23,388 nt of DNA, taken from Tubiluchus corallicola (Eukaryota > Animalia > Priapulida). The stretch covers positions 1 through 23,388 of the forward strand of contig JAQGDQ010001850.1 of the NCBI GenBank assembly GCA_030141605.1, read 5' to 3'. A model generated the notes under the pieces. That model saw only the letters and a program-made list of their open reading frames with translations, had not been told where the DNA came from and did not search any database. Shown one piece after another: positions 9,071 to 21,714 of the stretch; positions within the stretch are counted from its first letter, which is position 1; each line of letters opens with the position of its first letter. The translations under genes and the position numbers were made by a program.

Positions 9071-9949
9071 CTAAAATTGAGTTGAATTGAGTTGTTAACG
9101 TGCGGAAAGCTGTCGAAAACGTTTTCTTGCATTTTCTGATGTAGTCTTTGATAAAATAAACCTTCAGCAAGTTACGTCCATTTGTAGAAAATTTTATTAA
9201 GCGAACACACCTAGCTCATTACATATGGTACAACACATGATTATTAAACTCAAAGTAAATTATCACTATACTATAAGCTTTTACAACTTAAAATCCTACT
9301 TTCATTACGAATATTCAATTTATTTTATTATAAACTTACTGTAAAACTTGTTTCTTTTGATATTTTGACGAATGACGTAATGAGTGCAGTCACGAGATCA
9401 CCACAAATTGGTAACCAACGACGCTTTCTGTACCTCGTACGTCATTCTCGCTCGCTCACGCCAAAGACGCGAAACATGGCGACGTTCACGGCAATGCACG
9501 TGTTCGAAATTCAGCAGAAAAGGGCGAGTTATTTAAGTTACGTCTCTTTTGTTTAAAAATAACTATGAATTTGTAGTGTAATCTTAATAATGGGTTAAAG
9601 AAACTTGTCCGTTGGGGTTGTAAAAAAGCTTTTTTATGCTTATTTTTTTTCTTTCCATACTCTCAGTTTTTAACTTTACTCACTAACTTACTAACTACGG
9701 TCAAATTCCCCTGTTAATAAGACCCCATTTCAAACTACTACATACGATAATCCTAATTGCTGATCCTAATTACTAAATAATTGTATTGTTTTGTTGAGAT
9801 TTTGGTATCCAACTTTATTATTTTTTTTTGTTTTTAGTTCTTTTTGGATAATTTGTATCATTTATATTGTTTTTATTATTATTTTTTTCTTATTTGTTTT
9901 TGTCATCTATAGCATCACCGTTAATTTTTAATTTACAAATCCATTTATA

Positions 9950-10124
9950 AGAAAGGACAGGAGACTAGATGACCCTATGGTCCTTCCCTGCCCTACTCCG
10001 TGATTATAATTACTTAATATTTAAAAAAACCTTTCATGTTTAACTAATTAGAGAAAATAAATGTTCTATGTGTATGTCTATGTCTACGTCTATGTCTATG
10101 TCTATGTCTCTGTCTATGTCCATG
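9950..10124 (+). mobile_element. Probable LINE 3' end: stem-loop, AATAAA and (TATGTC)n tail
   Basis: aggacagggag...gacc ctat ggtc cttccctgccct hairpin, AATAAA near 10056, then tandem TATGTC units. Confidence 0.4.
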
Positions 10125-10653
10125 TAAAGGCCTTAAAGCATAGAATTGCATGGTATACATTAGAAACATTGGTTTTTTCATAGAAAAGGGCTATAAATAC
10201 TTTGAGAATAAAATAGTGAGACTTCTGAGACTTGCCATGGTCAAAACAGTAAGAAACTCAGGATGTTCTTTAAGTCCCAAAAAAATCTTTATTATTACTC
10301 AAAAGCTTTTGTCTTTCACGAACTTCATCAGTTGTACAGATAAATGCAATAATGAAATTTACAGGTAAAACTACGTATAAAAAAGGTGAACAGTATCATT
10401 AAACAAAAGATGGAAAATTCTTAATGATGTATTAAAAACTGAATCGGAGGAAAGATCTAAGTTGCTAATTAAGAATTTTTTATCTGTCGGTGCAGCTGAT
10501 GAAGTCCGCGAGAGACGAAAGCTTCTGAATAATAACAAAGAATTTTTTGAGACTTAAAGGCATTCTGACTTCCTTTATAAATATGTATTGATATTGTGGA
10601 TTAGTTATCCAACTCGTGTTATTCTTGCCCTTGAGAAGATAAAATCTCTAATA

Positions 10654-10843
10654 AGCGGCTTTACCACGCATGCGCAATGCGTTATTCAGTAGAAATCATT
10701 TTATCGATTTCAATGAACCCGCTTATCAGGCTTGCGTTATTGGGTTATTTTTTCTGCAACTGTTTCTATTGATTTTTTATACGCAACTATTACGCAGGTG
10801 GATAACGCATAACGCATTGCGGATGTCCCATAACGCATAACGC
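10654..10843. mobile_element. Palindromic MITE-like remnant
   Basis: Perfect 13-bp inverted repeat cgcaatgcgttat (10673-10685) / ataacgcattgcg (10809-10821), with repeated ataacgc/gcgttat motifs. Confidence 0.45.
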
Positions 10844-10869
10844 TATGATCGATGATCGCTATGTCAGAA

Positions 10870-11285
10870 TAAATTAGGACCCACTATGGAATGAACCCTG
10901 TAATCCAGCAAGCAATTCTACTTTGGAATTCTCTACCATTACAGGTTAAACAAATTAAGTCCCTATCAGCATTTAAAACAAAATTAAAATCACTAATATT
11001 AACCAGATATGAAATACCATCACACCAGTACGACAACATACACACTAATTCAGAATTCATATATCCACGGCCATATTAATTAAATCATAATTTTTTCATT
11101 TTTTGTGCATAGTTGTAAATACGTTTGATTTTATTCGTCGTTACTTTCCATTACTGCACAGTAGTTTAGATTGCACTGACGCATTTGCCTTTAGCAGCGT
11201 AAGTTTTTATTAACTAACACTGATTGATCATCTCTGTAAAGTTTTTATCAGTGATTATCAATGTATTTTAATGGCAAATAAAGAT
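10870..11285 (+). mobile_element. 3' fragment of an L2/CR1-group LINE
   Basis: AILLWNSLPLQVKQIKSLSAFKTKLKSLIL matches the WNxLP...S...FKxxLK C-terminal motif of CR1/L2-group ORF2. An AT-rich UTR follows, ending AATAAA next to a microsatellite. Confidence 0.7.
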
Positions 11286-11412
<127 letters not shown>

Positions 11413-12062
11413 CGGTTAATGCCGCTAGAATCTTAAAATTTAACGTCAACTATAGATTGTAAACCGTGAACCTGTGATAGATTGTGGTACACAAGGGTCT
11501 TCTGGGATACCGTCCAGTACCTTAATTAAGAAGCCATTGTTGGTTTAGGCAGGACTTTATGAAATTTTAATGTCACAGCCAACAGTGGTCTAAGTTTATC
11601 CCGGTGTTAGCTGCTCTATCTGCTTGAATAAATCCTATGATACGGCAAAGCGTCTATCAGCATTCACAGGGCAGTTAAAGGAAAAAGCAACTCATTTAGC
11701 ACGTTGTGGTTGTTTTGGATATAAGCACGTGGTGCCTCCTTGTGTTTGTTTTTTGCAAATTTAGGCTGTTGATAGACAGGTGAGCTAGGACAGGAAATAG
11801 GCCATTGGCCTCATTTTACAGACAGGATAGGAAAGAAGTCATTCTTGTTCAGTACGTCGTTTCGTTTTATAACAAAATTTTGTCAGTCGAGTTCTCTTTA
11901 GCAAGTTAGTAAGATGCGGCAAAGATGTAAGTTTGATTTCTCCATATTTCATAATATTATTATACATTTTCATTATAGCAGTTAATTATCCTTTTGACAT
12001 TGGATTAGCAAAAAATGTTTTTATTTGCTTCAGATAAAACGAAGTCGAGTCGCACATAATAT

Positions 12063-12165
12063 GTCAGTCAGTCAGTCAGTCAGTCGGTCAGTCAGTCAGT
12101 CAGTCAGTCAGTCAGTCAGTCAGTCAGTCAGTCAGTCAGTCAGTCAGTCAGTCAGTCAGTCAGTC
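12063..12165. repeat. (CAGT)n microsatellite
   Basis: About 25 units with one CGGT variant. Confidence 0.97.
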
Positions 12166-12380
12166 GAATATGTCGTGATGTGATAGTGATTTTGGGATGA
12201 GACTATGACTGCCCATTTTAAACAATAAAGAATCATAAATTACATCTAAAAGTCTGTTGGACTTGTATTTAGCGCATGCGCACAGGGTTTATTTTGCTAT
12301 TATCACTTAAACCTAAAAAAATGTAACAAAGGAATTTACAAAAAAACTGACTATGAAGCATAAAGTTAATTTACGGCTGT

Positions 12381-12490
12381 ATCGAAATTTTCAGGCGTGG
12401 TGGTAGTCGCCACTCATTTCAAAATTATGACGTAATTGGAGGAGTTCGTGACTTTTCGTAAGCGCATCGTGATTTTCCGTAAGTGTGCGC
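12381..12490 (+). repeat. Dispersed repeat B, copy 1 (direct copy at 15501-15610)
   Basis: Both copies share gaaattttca...aaaattatga...ttcgtgacttttcgtaa...catcgtga..ttccgtaag. Confidence 0.8.
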
Positions 12491-12625
12491 TCTTTAAACT
12501 TATTCAAACGTCTGCAGCTTACCTAATATTCACGCAAAAATATAACAAGATCAGCTATCTCATTTTTTGTAAAAAAAACTTTTACCGTTAAGGAAATTGA
12601 CAGTGCACTATTTTTCTTCAGTCGA

Positions 12626-13229
12626 TGAACGATGTTAATGGTGGAAAATGGGCGTTAAAACTAGGAGCGCCCAAGCGTAAAACGACGTCACTGGTGGAAA
12701 AATGGGTATTAAAACTAGGAGTGCCCAAGCGTAAAACGACGTCACTGGTGGAAAAATGAGCGTTAAAACTAGGTGCGTCCAAGCGTAAAACGACGTCACT
12801 GGTGGAAAAATGGGCGTTAAAACTAGGTGCGTCCAAGAGTAAAACGACGTCACTGGTGGAAAAATGGGCGTTAAAACTAGGAGCGCCCAAGAGTAAAACG
12901 ACTTTACTGGTGGAAAAATGGGCGTTAAAACTAGGAGTGCCCAAGCGTCAAACGACGTCACTGGTGGAAAAATGGGCGTTAAAACTAAGTGCGTCCAAGC
13001 GTCAAACAACGTCACTGGTGGAAAAATGGGCGTTAAAACTAGGAGCGCCCAAGCGTAAAACGACTTCACTGGTGGAAAAATGGGCGTTAAAACTAAGTGC
13101 GCCCAAGCGTCAAACAACGTCACTGGTGGAAAAATGGGCGTTAAAACTAGGTGCGTCCAAGCATCAAACGACGTCACTGGTGGAAAAATGATCGTTAAAA
13201 CTAGGTGCGTCCAAGCGTAAAACGATTTT
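12626..13229. repeat. 54-bp minisatellite, about 11 copies
   Basis: Unit aaaacgacgtcactggtggaaaaatgggcgttaaaactaggagcgcccaagcgt. ctggtggaaa occurs at 12691, 12745, 12799 and so on at 54-bp spacing. Confidence 0.97.
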
Positions 13230-13767
13230 ACTACTATAGCTTTAATAATTACACGAGGCGCTCATCACACGTTTGTTACTAAATCCGTCTAACATTTTCC
13301 CAAACATTGAAATAAACCCAGAAGTTCCCGTAAGACTTGACTTTTCCTTTAAGTAACAACAAAACGTTGTTTCTTCTTCGTGGGAATAAATTGGCGATAT
13401 AAAATTTAATTTTTCAATGCTTTCTCTTTTATGTTATTGTTACGGGAGCGAAATGCCATTTATTTTCGACCCACCCCTCTACCTTGTGGTGGTCGCGTCC
13501 ATACGAAGCCGTAACATAGCGGGGTTGAATACCAGGTATAAAACGGTCTCTATGAAATGGCCTCGTCGGTTCAGTGGACTGACGGGCAGGTGCGTTTTCC
13601 ACCTCAGCACCTGCTCCGTAATGACAATGGGCACGGAGCACGGAGATATCTGGCGAATTACTCAATTTTATCATTTCACTTTTTCTACTGCATTCTTCAC
13701 AAGTACGCCATGACATGCGCATTAGCACCATCCGCTCAAAGTTGTATTATTTATTCTATTTATTAGC

Positions 13768-14313
13768 TATCACTATCACCATCACCATCATCATCATCTT
13801 TGCCATCATTGGCATCATCATGACCATCATCACCATTGTCATCACCGATGGTGATCACCGTCCGTCATCATCGTCATCACCATCATCATTATCATCATAA
13901 TCATCGTCGTCGTCGTCGTCATCATCGTCACCATCGTCACAATCGTCATCATCATCATAATCATCGTCATCATCATCATCATGGTCGTCACCATCATCAC
14001 CGTCATTATCGTCATCACCATCATTATTATCATCATCGTCGTCATCGTTGTCGTCATGACCATCATCACCATCGTCATCATCGTCATCACTATCATCATT
14101 ATCATCATGGTCGCCGTCGTCGTCATCATCGTCATCATCGTCACCATCATCACCATCGTCATGGTCGTCATCGGCACCATCGTCATCGTCATCATAATTA
14201 TCGTCATCATCATCATCATCACGGTCGTCACCATCATCGCCGTCATCATCGTCATCACCATCATCATTATAATCATCATATTTGCCATCGTCGTCGTCAT
14301 CGTCATCATTATT
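13768..14313. repeat. Long degenerate (CAT/CGT/CAC)n microsatellite
   Basis: Directly visible; source of the poly-His, poly-Asp and poly-Ile ORFs. Confidence 0.95.
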
Positions 14314-14996
14314 GTAAGCGTTAGTTGTTACTGAATCGGTAAATTGCAATGCAACGAAAATCTCTAATACAGATGAATAAAACATTAGCAGAACAATGGA
14401 AAGCACGGTTTTTACTGCAGCTCACTGTCAACATTTATGTTTGCACACATAAACATGCAGTATATTTTTCTCCACTGCTGACGTTTTACTGCTGCTAAAC
14501 GTGACAGTGAATGTCAGTATATCAATCATCCATATCTTAGTATGCAGCAGTCAATTAGTTTGCAAGTTTGACAGAAAAAAACGAGTTAAAAAGTGTGACC
14601 AGCGCCACTAGCGGGTAACCCAATCTTCAGAAGCTGCTTAAAAGAAGACAGGATGATTTTTCACATACTACCTCATTTTAAGTCCCATAAAAATTATACA
14701 TTTTAACACAATTAACGCTGGAAAAGCTTTCCTAAAAATAGATTAAAAATTTCATTAACGGCGGCTTGCCCAACTATTGATGACATCACAAACTAACATA
14801 ATTTACAACAGCAAAAACATTTCACGAGGGTGTTGCGCGTGTTTGTGTAAGCGAAAATTAAAGTACAGTGTTACTATACGTTGTTCAGTGTGATGTACTA
14901 AAACTAGGCAAGTTTTAAGATAAAAATTCAAATTTCGAAATTACCACTGTACTCACGCATGAGCTGTCGAACGTGTGTAGTTCGTCACAAACTAAC

Positions 14997-15071
14997 ACAT
15001 CTGAACTGAGAGGTACAGCACCTGCTTTTAGTGAAACGCGTTTGCAGGTGCTAGTGCCCGTCTAGCGAATG
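14997..15071 (-). repeat. Dispersed repeat A, copy 2
   Basis: Reverse complement resembles 5414-5498. Confidence 0.7.
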
Positions 15072-15500
15072 CCAAAATGCATGTAACAGCGAAGAACTAG
15101 TGACGCGAACGTGAAATTGTGTTTGTGAGGTAGTAATTCTTTCACATAAGTCGTTTTTGAAAAATTATATGTTTACTTTCAATATTTTAAAGAGTAGATT
15201 GTTTTGACATACAGTTTAACATTGGGTGCGGTTTTGCTTTAATGGAATTAAATGACTCGCTCTTTCATTTGAACGGAAGCTTAGCCCGCTCAAAGAAACA
15301 CACACTTATGATCACTTGCTTTATGCAGATGACTGGTGTGATAGGTTTCACCATAAATAGGCTGCGACATCTTTGGTTACCCAGTTGTTATTTTTTTCTG
15401 TTAAAGGAAACAACAAATCATATTGCATGTAGTTTTACTTTACTGTTATCACTTAAACTTAGAAAAATAAAGCGAAGAAATCTGCAAAAAAGAAACAGAA

Positions 15501-15610
15501 AATAGAAATTTTCAATCGTGCGGGTTGTTGCCATTCACTTGAAAATTATGATGCAACTGGTGGACTTCGTGACTTTTCGTAACAACATCGTGACATTCCG
15601 TAAGCGCGGT
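15501..15610 (+). repeat. Dispersed repeat B, copy 2
   Basis: Diverged direct copy of 12381-12490. Confidence 0.8.
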
Positions 15611-16581
15611 ATGTGAAAATTACGGTACACTGTTACGTCGCACATGAGTAAACCGCACTGGACCAGGCATACTCAAGTAATTAAACATATTCGGTGTCCA
15701 AGAATAAAAACTCTATTTCTGAGTGAGGTTACCTAAATTGATTAATTATTTATTAATTAAATGACTGATCAATTACAAATCTGATCATCTCACTTCTTGA
15801 ACTTCTCTTAAGAAGCAGCATCTCTAAGAGCACTATCATCCCAGAAGCTGATGAACGACGCCACTGTTTGACGGTTTTACATCCCAACGCAGAAGCCAAA
15901 CTGAAGTCCCCAAGGTACAGTAGTCAGACTGCATACAAAGAGCTCTTGCATTATTACTGAGCTCAGCTTACAGCAAATAGGCTTATCTCTAGACTGAAAA
16001 ACATTAAACTTTCACGTTAATTAGTACCGAGCTTCAGGACAAAAGTGTGCACTAAAGTTCAAAAGATTGAGCAGCAGAAGAAGGAGAAGAAAATAAAAAG
16101 AAGAAAGAGGATAGTCGGATAGTCCCGGGCTACAGATGAATGTAAAGACATGTGTGTTATGGGCAAATTACCCAATTACCCATATAATTTGTTTTTTATT
16201 TTTCCCGCATGATGGAGCCAAAAACTAAAGGGTACAAGTGGGCATTTGCTGGCAGACTCGACTGGTTATTGCAGAGACTTACTTGTAATGTGGATAATGC
16301 AATTTTTTACATGAGAAATTTAATGTCATGCTTCAACCATAAACAGTGTGCTCTCTCTAGCCGAATGAAGTAAGTGATTTTTGTAAATCTAAGTTTATTC
16401 ATTAGAAACCAATTTTCTGTGTAATTTTTTGTTCAAATTTCTGTAGTTTTGTTCAAATTACATTACTGAAAATTTTAAGTATTCTTTTGTTTTTTCTTCT
16501 TTAGAAAATAAAGGCTGCAGTAAACACCTTATGAAAGGAACTGTCGTGTTTTGCTGTGTTAACAAGGTGGTTACTGCATTT

Positions 16582-16650
16582 ACGAGTGGGATTCGAACCC
16601 ATAACCTCCGCATCAGCAGTCAAGTACTGTAACTGCATTGAAGCTGCATA
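16582..16650 (-). mobile_element. tRNA-derived SINE head or tRNA relic
   Basis: Perfect B box GGTTCGAATCCC at 16588-16599 on the minus strand, preceded by a tRNA-like stretch. The A box is degenerate and there is no complete cloverleaf. Confidence 0.45.
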
Positions 16651-18107
16651 GAAATGCATAACTGCACGTCTATCCTTACTTTGCACAACTATTTTTTTAA
16701 ATTGCCTAAAAACCTTCGTTTTTTGTTCTTTTTTTCTCTTTATTTGGACATGTTTATAAAGGTTCAAGCACCTAACAAGTTTTACTTCTGGTTCCTGCCA
16801 TTTATTCTATGCACGCTGTCATATAATCATTATTATTTATATCTACTTTTCCCAGTGTTTCTTGATATTGTATTTGTATTTACACTTCCAAATAAACTTT
16901 TTATTATTATTATTATTAACTTAAATAAAGCATCATTTAAGTTTTAGACATTGACCATTCACTAATAATTTCAGTATCTAGCATACGTCACAGGTGCTGA
17001 AAGCAATTTTGCCAGTCAGTAAAGCAAGTGGCACCACCCCTTGGCAAGCAAGTGCAAATATTATAGGCTAGTTTCTCTTTAAAGGCATTTAACCAGATTT
17101 GGAAGTATTTGACTGTCAAATGCTAGCGAGCGAGCTAAAAGAAATATGCTTTAAAGAATGAACCAAACCTCGAACAACATTTATTGCATTTTAATATATA
17201 ATTAAAAATATTGAAATATCCACACAATGTATATGCGCATAAAATGCTTTGCTTAAAAATGTAAAAGAAATTTAAATATTTTTTATCTCCCGCGAACGTC
17301 GCTGCCGGCATATTTGAGAAAATGACGTAAGCTGGTGTCGTCTGGGCAGCGTGAATGCTGTGAAGGCAAGCTGTGATGGCTTACATTAACTGGACCAATA
17401 AAAAAGCAGAGACGACAGCTTTTATACAAATCAGATGCATAAAACTTGGCTTCAACAGAAACTAACATTTTGCGTGAGAGAGGTGTTCAATACAATATTT
17501 TTAACTAACGTTATTTATTTAATCTATATTGCTATTTATTGACTAATCCATGTACACAATTTTGCTATTTGTACTCGAATACGTATAAATAGTAATAAAT
17601 AATAATATATGAACGACATGTAGGAAGATAAATAAAAAAAATAGCATGGAGGCAAAATTTCATTTAACTTTCACTTGTGAATTTCAGGTAAAAGTGTAAT
17701 GTAAAAATGCACAAAGGATCTCTACATGGCAATTTTGTTCAATTTCTATTTCTTTCGCCTTTCAACCGAAGACCAGCTGTGAAAATGGTTCATGAGGTAC
17801 CTGTGGTACCTTTCAAATGTCGCGCCTCTTCGTTATTTTTGGGCAGGGGGAGGAGGAGGGGGAGGGGGAGAAATAATTCAACTTTAAACTTTTCACAATG
17901 GTGGACTAAATGCTACTTTTTTCTTTATGTCTGCTGAATTTCTCATTAATTATACCGATTTTCTCATGTTTTGGTGAAATAAACTAAATTTTAATTTTAA
18001 TTTCAATTTGAATAATTACTTTCATGTTTGAAAATTATAAAAAAAAACACTTTAGCAACTCGAGGTTTACTGATGTGGATAATAAAAGGTTCTCATACAA
18101 CATAATA

Positions 18108-18531
18108 AGACAGTGTTAGGGTCAGGAAGGGCATCTGCCTGTAAAAACTGCGCCAAAACCTTCTATGAATGAGTCGGTGAGACTTAAAGGTAAAGTCCAC
18201 AAAGAAGTGGTCAGACCCGCTCTAATCTATGGGCTGCAAGCAGCTTCTATAAAGAAGACCGAAGAGAAGAAAATGGATGTGGTGGAGATGAGGATGTTGA
18301 GATGGATGGTGGGTATAACAAGAAGAGATAAAATTAGAAATAATAATATCAGAGGAACAGTAAAAGTAGTGGAAGCCTCGCAAGATTGCGATGGTATGGA
18401 CACCTGAAAAGAAGAGTCGGTGAAGATCTTGTGGGAACTGAACACTTAAATGAAGAGATGGTCAACAACAGGAATGCGTGGAGAAGACTCATTCACAACG
18501 GCGACCCCGCACAGATAAAAGCTAGGAAGAA
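18108..18531 (+). mobile_element. Internally deleted RTE-clade (Expander/Rex3-like) retroposon with target-site duplication
   Basis: Reads KGKVHKEVVRPALIYG...EMRMLRWMVGITRRDKIRN..IRG, then frameshifted RLRWYGHLKR and RNAWRRLIHNGDP. Has the 5' motif caggaagggcatc and a gaagaa tail. Flanked by catacaacataata (18094-18107) and catataacataata (18532-18545). Confidence 0.85.
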
Positions 18532-18725
18532 CATATAACATAATACACCAGCTTTTATGGGTAGGTGCTTTTTGACACACGCGTTTTGAAATATTGATGT
18601 TGTTATGGTATCATAAAATTTTATCTAAAACTCGCAATTCCCAATAAACCTAAAATGGGTTTAAAAATCTACAGAATTTTACAACGTTTCATAACTTTCT
18701 CTGCTTGGCATCTGAACCTTATTAT

Positions 18726-18923
18726 ATGTGCATGTGTGTATGCGTGACTGTGCATGTGTGTATGCGTGACAGTGCATGTGTGTATGCGTGACAGTGCATG
18801 TGTGTATGCGTGACAGTGCATGTGTGTATGCGTGACTGTGCATGTGTGTATGCGTGACTGTACATGTGTGGGTGCGTGACTGTGCATGTGTGTATGCGTG
18901 ACAGTGCATGTGTGAAACTGTGT
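18726..18923. repeat. 22-bp minisatellite, about 9 copies
   Basis: Unit tgcatgtgtgtatgcgtgac(t/a)g. Confidence 0.95.
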
Positions 18924-19128
18924 CATCGTCATCATCGTCATAAACATCATCATTATCGTCATCATCATCGTCGTCATCATCACGATCATCACCATCCTCA
19001 ACATCATCACCACCATCATCATCATGACCTTCATCACCATCGTCATGGTTCGTCGTCACCATCATCATCATCATCATCGTTCGTCGTCATCGTCATCATC
19101 ATCATCATCATCATTATCATCATCATCG
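18923..19128. repeat. Imperfect (CAT)n microsatellite
   Basis: Directly visible. Confidence 0.95.
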
Positions 19129-19948
19129 CCAATTGCGTGATTGTGCATGTGTGCAACTGTGTATTAGGTTAGGGTGGATTTATCTTTAGGCTAGCATAGG
19201 TTGCAGCCTCGGACCCCTCAAACTTGGGGGCTGAGCTTGAGCGACCCTGTTAATAGATTTTCAAGTAAATATTTTTTAACAAATGAGTATAATGTTTTAA
19301 CATTTTCACTAAAGAGTAATTCGTTTACTTAAAATAAAATTTCAATTTAAAAAAACCGTCTGAAAACCCAATTTTAAGATATTTGAGATAAAGCGCCTCT
19401 GTTGAGTTCTTTATCTACCTGGTGGCGTGAAAATAAAATTACGTTTGTTTGTGATGTCATGAATAGTTGGACTCGCCTGCCATTAATTAAGCTTTTAATC
19501 TATAATTTAATTATCAGAAACGTTTTTGCAGTATTAATTGTGTTAAAATATATGCTTTTATCGGACTTGAAAATGGGGTCGTATATGGAAAATCATCCCG
19601 TCTTCCTTTCACCATTTACTGCTTAACATACTATAGCCAATACATACTTATTATTATTCTTGATTACATGTTTAAGAGTTTTCGTGGTACACACTAATAT
19701 ATTGCATTTCCATACTGTTGACAGGCATACAGATAGTTCTAAAAATTGTTTTGCGTAAAAAAGAAAAACCGTTCAAGAAGTCATCGGAAAATCCAAAGCT
19801 ATTTTTGATGCTTGTAAACTTAAGCTTCTTGGCCCAGTAATTAGGCATAATAAAAAGTGTTTTTGTGACTAGTTTATTATCTTTGCCATACAGCTTTTAA
19901 AAATTAATATTTTTGTTTTCTGAAAATATATATTTTTTGATATTTTAG

Positions 19949-20070
19949 GTTCACAAATGCAGACACCATTATAATGGGTGACGTAACGTATGGAGCTTGT
20001 TGTATTGATGATTACACAGCTCGTGCGTTGGATTGTGATTTAATGGTTCATTATGGGCATAGCTGTCTCA
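19949..20070 (+). CDS. DPH1: Diphthamide biosynthesis protein 1, internal exon
   Basis: 122 nt, ttttag|g...a|gtaagt. Translates [40 protein letters not shown], containing the DPH1 [11 protein letters not shown] and VHYGHSCL motifs. Confidence 0.97.
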
Positions 20071-21714
20071 GTAAGTACTGCCTATGAGAAAATATTGTAC
20101 ATTGTAGAAACATTCAAATAATGTTAATGCAGTAGCTTGTTTGTTAATGAATATGTGTTTATTTGTTTTTTATTATTATGCTTTTTCACTTGTCCATTTG
20201 ATTCTCAATCACTTGCCTTTTCTCATTGCTTTTTTTTAAAAATATGTTAAGACCTATTATTCTGCTGTTTAAAATGCAAGTGTGTAATCTAATGTCAGAG
20301 GTAGAACTAAAATTCCTAATGAATATAAGTTTATTTTAGTAGCCATGTTTCTTTTGTTTCATTCTTTTCATTTCACTTTTGCACGATTTCTCATATTTTA
20401 TATTACGGCACAGTTGAAAATATATAGTTTTGGAAAAACATTAAGGCACGGTAGAGCAGTGTCCGTTAACCATATTTGCTGTTTCATGTAGTTTTTGTAG
20501 CATTTTAATAAGCATAAGATTATCCCCATTCCTCAACAAAGCATTTTTGGAGAAAGATATAGTCATTTCTTGCTTATGCGGAATTACAAATTTTACAAAT
20601 TACAAGAGCTTGCAAAATGATCAAAATGAAATTTGAATTTGTTGATAAAATCACACGCTATGCTGCCAACTCAATAGATTTATTTCAAATAGGGCATTTC
20701 AGTTTAATCGCTAAACCTGACTCAGCTGACAAATCTGCAACTAAAATGCAATTCACATTAAAATTTTTTTAATAAATTACACCATCAAGTGCTATTTGGA
20801 TTTCATTCAAATGTTGTGGAGTATTTACCCCTAATGATTTTTATAGTAAATTCTACGTCTTTTGCATTACAATAATATTATTTTACTGTAGGAAAATTTT
20901 AATTTGTAAGAAAATAACATAAATTTTATTTTGATTGCAGATTTGTTAGTTGAGAATAATTTGTGTGCTTGCATGGCAAAATCGTCCATAATTCGGAAGT
21001 TGAGTTTTTCTAGTTATTCACATATCCTGAATCTCCATTTCATGACGATTATTTTGATACCAAGGTCATTACTCTGTGTTATTTCTAAGCTGGGATAATC
21101 TACGTTGAAGTTGAGGTGCCAAGCTATGCACTGAAAAACATAACCTTGAGAAAATCACAGTTAAAGTTAGCCATTGCTTTTTGTCGCGTTTCTGCAAAAC
21201 ACTTAGCAACCGTAGGAAAGTGTGGTTGCTATGGACTTCGCAAGAACACATTGATGTTATGTTTAAATCCAGTTGATGGCTCTTATGAAGATTTGGGCTT
21301 GTCAACAGAAAAAGCCCAATGCAAAATGACTGCTTCCACGAGCTACAATCGGAGTTTGAAAATATAAGTTTTTTGCAATTGCATTACAGTTTCTAGGCAG
21401 AGAAATGGGCACGGGGTCGTAAAATTTAAATTTTAATATTTTTTGGACATTTTCTTGATAATTTGATGCTGGAATATAAAAGTCCAATATATTTAGCGTT
21501 TGTTTTTTTAAAAAAACACAAAATTAACATTAGACAAATTTTTTGGGCATTCTACTTTGAAGCATTGTAGCATAGTTTTAACTATGTCTACTTATAGATG
21601 GTTTTGGTTTGCAAGCACACATTTATCGATTAAAACGAATCATTCTGTTTTATATAAAGCTAATAGAATTGAAATTAAAATACTTTTCCAAGTGAATTGT
21701 TTGTTTGTTTACAG

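Noticed and set aside
8862-9170. 102-aa ORF with a phase-1 donor (g|gtgagg at 8900) as exon 1
   Set aside because: Non-ATG start and no hydrophobic signal region in that frame, although the donor itself looks good.
12626-13229. CRISPR array or repeat-protein gene
   Set aside because: Units are head-to-tail without unique spacers, there are no cas genes, and the context is eukaryotic. The ORFs follow from the 54-bp period.
15880-16110. Possible old RTE LINE 3' end with a GAA-rich tail
   Set aside because: Peptide similarity is too decayed to support a call by eye.
16582-16650. Functional tRNA gene
   Set aside because: Only the B box/T arm is intact; acceptor and D stems do not pair.
20441-21500. 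TTAA-GG start of a Kolobok-like element and short ORFs at 21069-21487
   Set aside because: No matching right terminus and no recognisable protein motif; treated as DPH1 intron.
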